The notes: generated by a model from the letters alone, not told the origin. Counted from the first letter of the stretch, positions 37,501-51,359 are shown. The stretch: 64,000 nucleotides of DNA from Geosiphon pyriformis uo1 (GCA_016748015.1 JAAOMT010000762.1:671401-735400); one strand, 5' to 3'. Numbers and translations: made by a program.

Positions 37501-39226
37501 TCATGTCAGGATCTATTCTTTAGATAATTTTTTGGCAGGAATAATCTGTATTTTTTCTGGATGTGATTTGTCTTTGGGTGATTTTCTGGCTGGTGCTTTT
37601 TGTTTTCATGGTGGTACTCCTATGTCCTTTGTTCTGGGTGATCATTATTTTTTTAAGTGTGTCTCTTCACTCTGTCGCTATGATATTGCTTTTGTGGAGC
37701 AACTATGTGACTAGAATAGAGATGTTTTTAGTTGGAAAACTTTCAAGAAATGGAAGCAGTTGGACCTATGCAGCCCTATTTCTGTCTGGTTTGAGCTTTC
37801 TGTTCATTTTCTCAATGGTGTGATGTCTCCTTCTGCTAGCCCACCATTTATGGACATTTATGCTTCTTCTGATATTCTTCAGTCTCATAAGTTTGAGATT
37901 ATTGGTAATAATTTGTTGTGTGTTGATGCTGCTCATCTTTTTGTGTTTACGGATGGATCTTTAAGTGGCTTGGGAACTCTTGATATGAAGGCTGGCACTG
38001 CTGCTTATTTTGAAGATATAGATTTGGGTTTGAGGGTGAGAGTGTCTGGCATGATTTTTTCTACAATGATAGAGTTGCAGGCAATTGTTTTGGCTCTTAA
38101 ATGTGTTCCTTCCTTTCATTCAGTCGATCTGTTTTCAGACAGCCAAACAGTCTTGGATGCATGCAAATCTGAGTTTTTTTTGTTTAGACCAGATTTCAAG
38201 AATCAGTGTTAAATAGAGCATTATCATATAGTGAATATTATTCATTGTAAAAATTTGGATGTCAATTGGGTTAAGATTAAAGGTCACTTAGATGTATTAG
38301 GCAATAAGCATGCTGATGCATTAGCTAAGTCTGTAGTATTATCTGGTTGGCACTTGCCCTATTTGGTTGGTGAAAAATTTTTGAGAGTTGGCAGTACTGT
38401 AGTTTTTGGCAATTCTAAGCATTTTGTTTGTGGTGTCTTCCAGTCTGTTCATCAAGTTTGTTGGGAGATTGGTTCTGGTTCTTGAGTTGTGGCAAGTATT
38501 TTCCATGCTGATATTGATTGGTCCAGATTATTGTTGGTTTGGCATCCAGATTTCCACCTGGCTGCTGGTTTTACTAGTGTGCAGACTGCTAGTTTCTGAT
38601 CTTATTTCATAAAAGCTTTGCATTGTTGGCTTCCAGTTGTTGTATGGAAGCACCTTTATAATAGGTGTTATTTTAGTGTATTGTGTTTGTTCTGTAGAGA
38701 TGTTGAGATCTCAAATCATGTTTTTTCTTGTTCATTTGATGCTACTGATCATGCTTGTTTGATAAACACTCATGTTTCTGCTTGAATGGCAAGTTCTGGG
38801 TTGTCTTGTTCTTCTTTGTGTGTTTATCAGTTGTTGTCTACTTGTGCTTCCAATGTGGCTGTTAGTGCAGCCTTGTGTAAAAGTTTTGTTTTCAATAATT
38901 GGTTCAGTGAGTCTGTTTCTGCTTTTAAGAATTTCAAGATAGTAAGTTTAAATATAGTGAATTTTGTGCATGGATTGTGTGTGACATTTCAGGAGGATAT
39001 TTGGCTGGTTCATGTTAAACACTGGGCTTTTATGGAAAAGAATAGGCTAATCCCATATAATGGCTCCATTTGTGTCTCTGTTTCTGGTTTTCCTTCGGTT
39101 TTATCAGCTGGCATTGTTAAATTGTTGGGTATTGTCAATGCACATGGTGTTGGTTTCAGATTCCATAAGTCTTATCAGTTTTTCTCAGGGATTGGTAACA
39201 TGGTTTCTGTTCATATAGATGTCTAG
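34539..39226 (+). pseudogene. LINE-1 ORF2: APE endonuclease, RT, RNase H, C-terminal Cys/His motif
   Basis: TCNVK, SDFN, TIDYVF, TDH (APE); QDMHKAYNSV, QGEVFS, FVDD (RT); VFTDGS, ELQAI, FSDSQ, KGH..GNKHAD (RNase H); CLFC..E..NHVFSC. Confidence 0.93.
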
Positions 39227-39431
39227 TGTCATTCTGATTGGCCTGAGTGGCTGGTTATATGTAGAAAATGCATGATTCACACCTAGTTTAGATCATTTGT
39301 ATGATATATAGTATTAGGTAGCATTTGGACTTCACTCAATAAATGTAAAAAAAAAAAAGTACATATGTATATTCTTACATAAATTTAGATTAGTTAATAG
39401 CCAATAATAAAATCAGCATACTATATAGCAT

Positions 39432-39770
39432 ATTAATATCATTTGAGACTTAGAATTACTACAGTGCTTATATCATTAAAAATTGTGTTTTCTCAATGTT
39501 GACTTAAATTGGTTTTTATTATTGTCTCAGAGCTGAATTTTTAACATTAGCATTATCTAAGATTCAGAGTTATTATAGTGCTTATATTATTAAAAATTAC
39601 ATTTTTTTAATATTGATTTAAGTTGGTTTTCATTATTACTTTAGAGCTGAATTTTTGGCATTAGTATTATCTAAAGCTTAAAGTTATTACAGTACTTATA
39701 TTATCAAAAACCATATTTTCTTAATATTAGCTTAAGTGGTTTTTATTATTGTTTCAAGCCAAATTTTTAG
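39432..39770. repeat. Tandem repeat, ~114-bp unit x3
   Basis: Homologous anchors at 39452, 39566 and 39680. Confidence 0.85.
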
Positions 39771-39869
39771 CCAAAAAGATTAAAAAAAATGTTTAAAAAA
39801 GAGTTATATTTACTTTTTTTTTATACAAATTTATCATTAATTTTATTAGTTATAATCTAATTTTTTTTA

Positions 39870-41586
39870 ACAGCTTCTTGTTATTATTCTTAATAATATT
39901 GTAAATAATAATATTTTCATAAAAGAGTTAGTAAAAAAATTAGAAAAAAAAAACATTCAATAGAACTTAAAAGATCTTCAATTTCAATGCTTTGATTATA
40001 TTTTAAACTTGATAATGCAAATAGCTTTAGATGAAATAAAAAATAATGTTTTTAAGATATTTGTTAAAAACCCAAACCAAATATATTTACCTGAAATTTT
40101 CCTAATATAAACTTTGTATAAATTAAAAATTAGAAAACTTAACTCAGTAATTCATACTTTGTTCTAATGTTTTAAGTTTCTTGAATATACCTGTAATGCA
40201 TATTAAATTAAATACCATAAATCAATTTTGGATTGTTCCATCCAGTAGAATTTTATTTATAATATAGTTAAAAATAAGTTATTTCTTAAATTAGCAAGTT
40301 GTTTATTTTTAGTTTCATATATTTTGAATACAAAAATTCTAACTGTAAATTTATAAGCATTAAACACTTTTACTAGCACTCATATTAATCTCTATTAATA
40401 TGTTATTTCACATAATTAGTGGACTGTTTTCAATAAAATTGCTAAATTTCTTGAACTATTTAAAAATATTATAGTTAAAATATCAGCTAATTTAAATAAT
40501 AATGTCTTTTTAATTATTTCTCTCTTTAATATTATTCTTAATCACATTAAAAACACAGTTAATAATAATAAATTTGATAAAGCATTATAATCTTAACTGT
40601 ATTTATTTAGTTATTTATTTAAAATATTTAAAATTAGATTTATTACTTATTGTAGTAATTAGAGCAGTAAGAGAAAAGTTGGTTGAATATTACTCTAAAA
40701 CAAATACAACTGTAATGTTCTGTACTCTATTAGATCCAAGAAAAAAATTCTATTATTTTACAAAAAAAGAATTTTTGAATGATAATATTAATAAAATAAA
40801 AGAATTGTAAATTATAAATTTATTTAAATGGTTTTATTTTTCAATTCTTACACAATAAATAAATCTTTAAAATGCATACTCTCTTTGAAATAGAGTACAT
40901 ATTGAATATTATACCAACATTAAATGATAGTTTTTTGTTGAATAGCAATTTTAATAATATTATAGCATTAATTATATAATCTATATTAAAGACAAACTTT
41001 AATAATAATAAGGAAAAAAAACTTAATAAAATTGATCATTATATTTCTGAAAAAATGGCCAATAAAGAAATAAATATAATAGTATAATAGAAGATATATT
41101 ACAAAAATTATTTATCTAAATTAAAATTTTATTAATAATTTAATATTTAAGTATATTAAACACAATTTTCTTATTTTGCATATATGGCTTGTAATTATTT
41201 GACAATTTAAAAATTATTTGTTGCTTCTGAATGCACTTTTTCTGCAGATGAGAATATAATTACAGATATGAGATCTTGTTTTATGCCTAAAACTATAAGA
41301 GCAGTACAGTGTTTTTGATCATAAATACAAAAACCATTAAAAGAAAAATTAAATAATAATATAGTATAATATAATGTTTTTAATAGTCAAATCTAAACAT
41401 GTTTATAAATTTCGAACTAAACTTGAACCAGATTTGTTGTATGTGTTCAAGTTTAGTTTAAATTCAGTAATTATAAGTTTGGTTCAATTTTGAGTTTAAA
41501 ATTTTGCCAAATTTTCTGTTTGAGTTTGGTTCAATTTGGTGGTTTGATTAAACTTAAACCAAACTAAACTGAACATTGGAATCTTA
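39870..41586 (+). mobile_element. Decayed hAT DNA transposon, 3' part: probably intron-containing transposase, subterminal repeats and candidate right TIR
   Basis: QCFDYILNLIMQ (CxxH motif), LDPRKK, and dimerisation domain FAYMACNYL..VASECTFSA..IITDMRSCFMPKTIRA (41165-41325). aaacttgaacc/gtttggttcaa repeats at 41390-41575; gaacattggaatctta terminus. Confidence 0.82.
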
Positions 41587-41634
41587 AACAGAAGCAAGTA
41601 ACTGTTTTCATTTTTTTAAGTTTTTAGTTTTTTT

Positions 41635-43010
41635 TTTTTTTTTTAACAAGTTTAACGAGTGTAGCCTAACTGCTATCTAGTACATAGAACCAAACTAAAA
41701 GACTTAAACTAAATACAGTTTATGCACTTTCTACATGTGGCTAGCCACTCAGGCCAGACAAGGCAACACTATACACCTATATCAACACTAGGACTACCAT
41801 CCAGACCAGAGAAAAAAAAGTAAGACCTACAACAGCCAAAGTTAACAGCAAAAGAGCCAGCAATGCCAAGCATCCTTACCACCTTATCGGGCAACAAAGA
41901 ACTCAAGCAACGAGACAAACCAGAAAACAAACCGTCATCCCCAACCAGACCAGTCTTCTCCATTCTCACCCTAAACGCTGACCTCGCCAACTAGGCTTTA
42001 GAGCAATATAGCTCAACTAAATGCCCAACAAAACCAACCACAGTACTGACAGCCTCCTTCTTACCATTCAAAATTCCTACCGCCTCTTCACACCACTCCC
42101 TTAGCACAAACCCTTTACACAGAACCAAATACAAACTAACATCTAAAAAACACTGACCAAGAGATTGCAAAACAGCAGAGGATGATGAACCATAAGAACC
42201 GATTACGAACAGCCAGTCCGAACATACTATGACCAAAACCTCCTTGTAAACCTCCACATTATGAGAACATGTGAAAACATGGTCAGATAATTCCATCTTA
42301 CAACATAATAAGCACAGCACACCAGGGTACAATTTATCATATAAACGTTTCCTAACTGCCACAGGAAGCTGTTGGTGTACAGTCTTCATCAGATATGTGC
42401 AAAGACTAGAAGACCTCCGATTAGTAAAACCAGCAAGCATATGTGAATTGGGATGCCACATTCTAACAGTAGCATCCCAATCCACAGTCTCAATTAGCAC
42501 ACCAAAAATCACATCACAGCCAGGTCCCGTCTTCTACCATGCACAGCAAACAGCTTTATACAAATCCCGAACAAAATGACAAGTATTGCCAGAGATTGGT
42601 GTATTCTCAGCAACCAAAAAGCACTCCTGGACACCAACAGGCAAAGATAAACAAGAAAAAACAGCATCACCAGCAGCAGCATTAGCCCTAATATTATTAA
42701 CAATCCCAGAATGCCCTTTGACCTTAACTCAATGTACAGAAAGATCCTTTTTGTGAACCAAATCAAAAATCTGGCATCTCTCCAACCAACAAAAGAAGCA
42801 GAAATCAGGCACGGACAATGACATCTCAGAAATGCACACATCAATAGCTGCTTGACTGTCAGCATGCACAATCATCATACAAGAGGATGGAACACACTTT
42901 AAAAACAAAGCAATGGCTTGCAGTTTGGCCATAGTAGAAGACAACATCCCATCAACCCTAATGCCAATATTCATATCAATAGCAAGAAAAAAGGCCACCG
43001 TACCACTGGC
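41635..43010 (-). mobile_element. 5'-truncated LINE-3 (RNase H, CCHC, 3'UTR, poly-A)
   Basis: ORFs 42729-42998, 41991-42512 and 41769-41990 are homologous to the ORF2 C-terminus; poly-T at 41628-41644; possible TSD TAGTTTTTTT (41625 / 43011). Confidence 0.9.
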
Positions 43011-44054
43011 TAGTTTTTTTGATTATTTTTTTTAAAGAGATAGTATTAAAAACACCAGATATAAAAATTATAGAAGAAAAAACCAGCTTGTTAACTAGTC
43101 TATTATTAAAAACTTTTGGGCTTTTGAAAAAAATAAAAACAATACTAAAACTAATTCAAGTATGTTTTTTTAAGAGAATTTTAACTGTTTTTACAACAAA
43201 AAAATTTTTCTGATTAAAACTTTGTAAAATATCAAAAAAAAGTACTAGTTACAGCTTTTTTATTTTTTGCTTTAGTTATAGTTATAAAATTAAGAAAACA
43301 AAAAGTTACAGAAATTTAAATTATAAAAATTAGATATATAAATACCAAAAAAAATAAGAAAAAAAAGCTCAAAACATTCTTAGCATAAACTTTTCAAAAA
43401 AATCATAAAATTTTTATAACAACTATTTAAATTAATTTAATAATTTACAATATTAATAGAAATTACAATTAATAAAAAAAATATAATATAAAAATACAAG
43501 CAAAAAAAGAGTGAATAAAAATTCAATTAAAATTAAACATTTTTAATTCTATAAAAAATTAAGAAAAAAAAAATATGTGTTTCTAAACAATAAAAAAAAT
43601 AAAAAAAAGCTTTAAATAACTTAATTATAGAATCTAATACTAAAAATAGATTCTTAAAATTTTCAAAATATGGAAAAAAAAACTTTTATTAATATACTGG
43701 TTTTTTAAAATTGGTAAAAAATTAAACTTATAAATACTATATATAAAAAATAATAAATAAATATTTAATAAAAAAGTTCTTAAATAAATAGAAAAATTTG
43801 TCAGAAAAAATAATTTAATACTCTACTATAAAGCAATATATTAACTATATTCAGTATTTAAGTATTTTTTAACTATATAATTAAACAATTTATTAAAGAC
43901 TATTATAATTAATAATATTAGACAAATAACAAATTTTTAGTTTAAAAATTTATAAAAAACAATATTTAACATAATAATTAAACATTATACCAAAAAAACA
44001 ATATTTAAAATATATATAATTTTGTAAAAACTCAATTTTAAAAGAAAAAAATAT

Positions 44055-45057
44055 TATTATTTAAATAAAAAATAATTAGAAATTCATTAAAAAAAACAAA
44101 AAAACTACATAATAATATGAAAAAAATATAATAATACAAGAAAACACAAAATAATACAAGATAATACAGAATAATATAAAATAATACAAAATAATATAAA
44201 ATAATTTAAGATAATACAAGATAATACACAATAATATAAAATAACACAAAATAATTAATAATAACATAAAATAACTAATTATAATATAAAAAAACAAAAC
44301 AATAGCTAGCAATAACAAGCAATTAAAAGCAATTTTATAGAACTAAAAAATATGTATAAAAATAAGTAATTTTAACAAATAAAATAATACAAACCAGACC
44401 AAAATTAGTTTAAATATTTTATATTTCTTTTTTTTATCTTTTATATTCCAAATTTATCAAATAAAATATTATTGTTTAAATTCACAAATTCATGATCTTA
44501 ATACTTTAATTATTAAAATTTGATTAATTGTTTTTGCTTATTTTTGTTTTAAACCAGATATTATTAATATAAATATTTTTAAAACTTTAATAATTTAAAT
44601 TAATTTTTTTTGATTATAGTAATTAACATGATATTAATTTTTATTTTCTTTATATTTTTATTTTTTTATTTTTTTTTGTAAAGTAATAATATTGAAAATT
44701 GATTGTTTAAAAATAAATTTTGTGATAACTTGGTAAAAATAAGAAGCTTTTTTTAAGTTTAAATATTAATTTTATTTTGTTAATTTATCAAAAAAACAAA
44801 AAAACAATACTAAATCTTAGTAATTATGCTTACTAACTTAAAAAAAACACAATTACAATAATATAACCAAAGAAATAACTTCTTTGTATCTTATAATAAA
44901 AAAGCTTAATAAGTAAAACTTTAAACAAAAAAACTTTTAAAGACTAATAATTGTCTTTTATACACAAACAATTTTAGTTGAAAATTAATCTGTTTTTAAT
45001 ATCAAATTTATGAACACCAAACATTATAACCATATTATATCAAGTTTATTCATAATA
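44055..45057 (+). repeat. 3' LTR of relic D
   Basis: Collinear with 8305-9382; preceded by ctcaattttaaaagaaaaaaata (decayed C-type PPT) and followed by CTAG. Confidence 0.82.
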
Positions 45058-45553
45058 CTAGTTTTTTTAAAATAATATTTTTTAATGTTTAATTTTAATT
45101 TTGCTTTTTATAATTATAAAAAAACTTTTTATAAATAAATTAAATAAGCTTTAAATAAAAACAAATAAATATTAATATTATTAAGATAAATAACTACTAA
45201 TTGCTAAAAAAGTTTAATATAAATAATATTTATAAGTTTTTAGAATATTGTTAATATATTATATAATTCAAAAGATATTACATTAAATTCATAATTTTTT
45301 TTGAATAATTTTTGAAATTTATTCTAATTTGTTAATATCTATTTTTTAAATTTAATGTTGAAAAATATTTTGATTTTTTAAAAGTATTTAACATATAATT
45401 AATTTGAAGTAATAAGTAAGTATCTTTAATTATAATATTATTTAGTTATTAATAAACAATACAAAAGCAGATTTTTTATTTTTTTTGATAAAAATTATTA
45501 TTAAAATCCTTAAACTTATTAATAATTAGATAAGTTTATTATTAAATATATAT
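45058..45553 (-). pseudogene. RT remnant of relic E; continues at 62416-62487 beyond LINE-2
   Basis: Reverse complement aligns with element B RT (21450-21965); 62418-62485 aligns with 21390-21455. Confidence 0.72.
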
Positions 45554-45687
45554 ATTTTTTTTTTATTATGTTTTATGAGTGAGGTCCAAACACTACCTAA
45601 AGCTATATATCAAAGAAATGACATAAACTAAGTGTGAATTATGCTCTTTCTACATGTGACCAGCCACTCAGGCTGATTAGGACAACA

Positions 45688-48600
45688 CTATACAGCTATA
45701 TGTACCAAAACAGAATTACCAACACCAGAAAAGAAAAAACATTGTTTATGAAAGCCAAAACGAATGCCAAGAGCTTCAGCCACACCAAGTAGCCTAATGA
45801 CGCCAGCCGAGAACCTAGAAGCTGAACCAGGGACCAAGACAAGAACTGAACTGTCAAGTGGGATGAGATTATTTTTTTCCATGAATGCATGATACTTAAC
45901 CCGAACCAACCAAATATCATTCCTAAAAGCAAAACTAAGGGAATGCACAAACTCAACAATATTCGAACTAGCAACCTTGTGAGATTTGAAAACAGAGACA
46001 GCTTCACAAAGCCACTCACTAAAAACAAACTCTTTAAAGAGAGCCATAAATACAGAGACATCAAAGGCACAAGAAAACAACAATTGCAGCACACAGGAAG
46101 AAGAGAAAGACAGACCAGAAAGCACTCTTCAAGATTTCAAACATGTATCCAGTATCTGAAAATGTGCAGAGTCATCAACCTTGCAAGAGAAAGCATGATC
46201 TGATGTCTTCACCTTACCACAATATAAGCACAATATACTGGAGTATCTTCTGTTATATAAGTGTTTACGAACAGCAACAGGTAGCCAGTGGTGCAATGCC
46301 TTCATGAAAAAACTGTGTGCATCTGCTGTGGGCTTGCTAGTGTGGCCAGCAGCCATGTGTGAATCAGGATGCCATACCAGTGAGGAGCAGGACCAATCAA
46401 CGTCTGCAAACAAACTGGCAGGCAGAAATTTAGAACCAGAACCAACCTCCCAGTGCGCATGACTAACAGAACAAAAAATATCGCAAACAAAATGCCTAGA
46501 ATTGCCAGAAACAGCCCCATTGTCTGCCAACAAGAAGCACGCATGTAATTGAGAAGGAAGGAACCAGCTCGAGTAAGAAGAAGCCCCAGCTATAGCATCA
46601 GCACATTCATTTCCAATCACACCAGAGTAATCTTTCACTTTGTGCCATTCAACCATTAAATTTTTGCCATGAATAATGTTTACAATATGCTGGCATTTGA
46701 CCCAACAATAATTGCGAAAATCCGGACGCACCAAACCCAATTCCAACTTGCAGGCATCCAGAGCAGCTTGACTATCAGAGAACAGACAAACAAAACTAGA
46801 ATGGGGGACACACTCCAGTGCCAGTGCAATAGCTTGCATTTCCGCCAAAGTAGAAGACAACAGACCCAAAACTTCAACACCCAAACCCAGATCAATGTCA
46901 CTGAAAAAAACTCCAGTCCTAGCCATGCAATTCTCAGTACCAAGGTTTGTTAGAGACCTATCCGTATAAACAGAAATGCTACTAGAAAAAACTTGGGAAA
47001 GCCGATCACGAACCAACACAAAGCCAGAAGAGGCAAGAATACTTTGAAGACTCACATCAACCAAAGCAGGAGAAGGGGCATGAGGAGAAGACGTACCAAA
47101 CAGGAACTCGACAGAAAGCATAAACCACTCAGGAGTCAGGCCATGGGGGTCCAACCTCTTCCACTGCTTGAATTTGTACCAGTCAAACACAGCACTATGA
47201 CGATCATGGAGTTGGTCAACAAAGGCAATGTCATATTGCCGGAGTGAAAGAAGGAACCTGACAAATCTAGACTCACCGAGAACAGTAGACATGGGTATCC
47301 CACCACAAAGCCGAAATGGACTATCAAAAAAACCACTCAAATATAAATTGCAATCGAGGAGAACACAAACAACCCCCACTAAGAAGTTATTCAAAGGGCT
47401 GACTCAAACATAAACAGAAACACTCAAAGAATGAACAGGGCACCAGCATGAAACTTGTAAGTCATGAGACCTGTGGGAGAATAGGCGACCCAGGATTCTC
47501 ACTGAGTTTGCAAAACAAATAAGGGAAGCAACTTTACTCTCCGATTGAATCTGGGCGAAAGATTTCAACCCATAGAATGAAGGGTAATGAATTGTGTCAC
47601 TAGGAAAATCAAGAGGTAATCCAAACTTGAATTTCAAGCCTCTGCAAATCAAAGCATCTCACTTATTACACACACTGACAGAAACAAAACTAAACTGAGT
47701 TCTATAACCAATGATGGGGTGGAAGACAGCTAACACTAAATATAGAAATTGTTTGTCTGATACAGCCTTTCTTAGAACCAAGTTGATAAAAAAACGAACA
47801 TCTGAATGTGCCTTTACCAGGCTGGACTTTGACAGTCCCTCAAATGACACAAAGATACCCAGATAATAATGTGATTCCCCTGATTTAACTATTAAAATAG
47901 GGGACCCACTGATGAAAAGAGAAGGTGCACTAGCACGGCTATTAATTGGAATAGCTATTGTCTTATCATTATTAATAGAAATATCATTGATGTGGAAAAA
48001 TTCACTAGCCACATCAAGAATGTGTTGAGTGGCAGTCTGATTGCTACCCATCTAGATCATATCATCCACAAAAGCACGAGCTGCGAAGAAAGACGACAAA
48101 CCAGCCTGAGACTCCACACAGCCTGTTTTAGCAACGAAATAAGAGTTTAACCTGTAACCATATACACTTTCCTGCCTTTTAACTTCGCACAAGAGAGAAT
48201 CATAAAATATACGCCAAAGAAAAGGTGAAAACACCTCCCTTTGGTCCAAGCCATCGTGTACATGATAACTATTCATCAACCCAAAATCAGTTATAACCCA
48301 GTTGGTGTGACCACCATGAATATTTCCAAAAAACTTAATAAACCTGTAGCACATTTTTATTTTAACCAAACTTTTCTTAAGATGATCCCAACCGACCAAG
48401 TTATATGCTTTTCGCATGTCTTGTAAAACCAGCCAGAGCTTCTGGTTTTTTTCAAGAGCATCCTCGATCACCAAACCAATCGCAAAAATGGAAGACTGAG
48501 TTGTAGTGTCTTTGAGAACTGAAAAATTGTCCCCACGAAGAACATTAAACTTGCTATATGCCAAAGAGATCTTATCAGAAAGAATCTTGGAAAAAATTTT

Positions 48601-50375
48601 TCAAGCCATCTCAATCAGAGCAATAGGACGAGTGTTTGTGAGCACGCCCTCCCATTCATAAGGTTTGGGAATCATTGACACCCAGGCTTCCTTCCAAGCA
48701 CCGGACACAGATTCATCACAAAAACAAGAATTAATGAGCACCAAGAGCATATCAAGAACAAATTTGTCACAGTGCTTCCAAAGTTCATTGGAGATGCCTG
48801 AGAGACCAGCAGTCTTCCCATCAGGTAGGTCAGAGACCATGCCAGACATCTCATCAAAACTAACACAGCTCATTACATCTGAAAAAGCACCATTAAACAT
48901 GTAATCCAAAGGCCAATATTGGCAAGACCAATCTCCCAGAATGTCAAGAACCACTCCATATTTACAAGTCCACCCCTCCATAATCTCATCCACTTTTTTT
49001 TTAACAGAATTAGGTTCCTAATACAGCTCATCACTAACGACCAAATGATCCAAAACCACTTTGTGGAAAGGCCTCTTCAAGACACTTCTAATAGTATGGC
49101 CCTTGTTAGATTCAAAGCTCTCTATCCTCTTATCAATAGCAGATCTGATTTGTGAATCTTTAGCACGTTTTGATTCTGACAACTTTGAGGCACAATAAGA
49201 CTTCCTGGCTTTGGACAGAGCTAAACGAATGTCATTAAAAGGAGACCTTGAGAGAAAAAGAGATCTCACTACAGCAGCACCAGCAGAATCAAGTGATTCC
49301 CAAGTATCAAGCAGTAATACAAACACCTCACAATCAACAGAACAGGAAGCCTTGACCAACTTGGACACCAAAAGTTCTAACTTATGGAACCTGGACAAAT
49401 GCTTAGTGAAAACGCTGTCATAACCTTTAAACCATTTTTTCCTGAAAACTTCACTCGCTGAAAAGCTCATTGTTTTCTGAACAACATCCCACATTGCATC
49501 CAAATCCAACAGTTTTCTGGCAGCCAAGAAATCATTAGAGAACATGGCAGCATTTACTGCCGTGGCCTTCCTGAATCTCAACCACAAGGCAATACCAGCA
49601 TCCTTAAAATTGTACTTCCAACGATCCCTATTGGCTTGCTTGTAAACAGAACACAAATGTGTATCCAAGAGACTACCTAAACCAATTGACGCAGAGATGG
49701 CATGATGGTCAGTATCAAAGAAATCAGACACATCTAAAACACCATGATCCACAATAGCATTGACCAAATTGGGAGACACAAAAAGATAATCAATTGTTTT
49801 TGTCACACTTCGGGAATTATTCCATGTTGGAACTTTTACAAACAGACTACTGACAAAAGAGTTGACCAGACCCAAGCTACCCATTTTCTGAAACTGGCAC
49901 TTCTATGCAAACCATTTTCATTGAAGTCACCACCTAAGACCACAAAGAATGATTCATTCACAGCATTAGCAATCAAAGCATTCACGTCATCGGCCTGAGA
50001 AAAGCACACTGAAGCCGACACATCAGCATACAGATCCAAAATAGAAACCGAGAGTTTATTCCTAAAAAGCAACTTGACAGAAATAAGATGACCAGAGACT
50101 TCAGAAACTTTGCACATGTGTTTGGCCAGAGAATTGTTTATAACAATCGCCACCCCAGAACCAAGATGACCAGAATTCAAACCAAAAATGAAAACCCAAA
50201 CACCATTGAATTTGCTAGCAATCTAAAGCCAAACCTTATCTTTTAACTTTGTCTCAGTAATAATTGAAACTAAATTGTTCTTATCTCTGTGCCAATGTAT
50301 AATGTCCTCTTGTTTTGCTGAATTGTTCATTCTCTTGACATTACACATGGCTATTTTCCATACTAAATCATTCAT
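45688..50375 (-). pseudogene. LINE-2 ORF2: APE-RT-RNase H-CCHC
   Basis: MNDLVWKIAMCNV, ETKL, GGDFNE, TIDYLF, TDHH; TRPIALIE, QDMRKAY, AFVDD; VYTDRS, AEMQAI, FSDSQ, GNECAD; CLYC...DHAFSC. Confidence 0.95.
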
Positions 50376-51359
50376 TGAGGTACAAAAGAGACCACAGAAC
50401 CCGAGCCAGCACATATCTGATCTAACTTCTCCAATACCGAACAAACCAAAGCTTTGAGAGCCACCAACTTTGACTCCAAGCAGCTCACTTTCGAAGTCAG
50501 AATTTTTGAACTACTCAAACCCAAACTTGAGGCACCAGAGGAAACCAAAGAAGGAGAAATAACCACAGAATCAGGTTCATCTAAAACCATATCCAAACCA
50601 AATTTCATATCAACCAAACCAGAGGCAACCAAGAGCTGAGAAGAGGAGGTGAGAGCCAAGAGCACTAGGCTTAAACTGTCAAGTTTGTCAATAATACCAG
50701 ACACCTTATCCATGAGAAGTTCCAAAAAGCGCTCCAAAGAAGTGAGACAAGTTTTCAAAATTGAACTAACAGGACCCGCAAGAGACGAGTGACCAACCAA
50801 ATCTGAGGTGTCAGGAGAAGAGCCAAAACCAGGACCAGAACCAAAGTGAGGACCATTAGACAAAGATGCTAGAGAGACAACCTGGGCCCATGACTTGCCG
50901 CGGAACGCAGCTGGTCTGAAAATAGGCACACTCTTTTTCACATATAGCTTGGCCAACTGGAGGCAATTCTCATTAGAGACAACCTTTTTAAATGACTTGG
51001 AAAGTTTAGGAGAATATGAGATCTCAGCATCACACTTCAGAACAGAATGACCAAGTTTCTCATACTGTTCACACTGAACCAGGTCCAATCTAGCCCAAGA
51101 AAGTTTCACCTCACCAAAAACAGACTTCATACGAAATGCAGACTCCAAATCTTCATCATTCTTAAAACAAACCACAGCACAATGAACCCTATTACCAGTG
51201 TCTAAGGATCAATTTATGACACAAGTTTTCTCACCAGCCCCTGCCAAAAGATTGCCAAAATCATAAGCCATTGTTCCCACTGGCAAAGTAAACAAAAGCA
51301 TCCTATACTGATCTCTAGATGCCCATGTCTTACGATCCTTCACAGCTTTGGCCACACAC

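Larger units (their letters stand above)
32606..39354 (+). mobile_element. Full-length non-LTR retrotransposon LINE-1 (ORF1 + APE-RT-RNase H-CCHC ORF2, poly-A tail)
   Basis: Poly-A at 39347-39358; TSD AAAAGTACA at 32597-32605 and 39355-39363; two overlapping decayed ORFs. Confidence 0.93.
8305..45057 (+). mobile_element. Ancient Gypsy relic D (C-family), inflated to ~36.7 kb by nested insertions; most of pol not recognisable
   Basis: 5' LTR 8305-9382 is followed by a decayed PBS (tttagtgctttttgtaag). Gag/PR remnants at 9440-10469 and 28108-30735 align to element C. ORF3 remnant and PPT at 43700-44054; 3' LTR 44055-45057; TSD TTAG/CTAG. Removing D rejoins element E RT as FKKTSLVFLDYIV (element B: FGKTSLIFLGHIV). 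Confidence 0.82.

Noticed and set aside
39239-39270. Hammerhead ribozyme or tRNA A-box in the LINE 3'UTR (CTGAGTGG...GAAA)
   Set aside because: The core is CUGAGUG rather than CUGANGA, A-box spacing is off by one, and no B-box or cloverleaf is visible.
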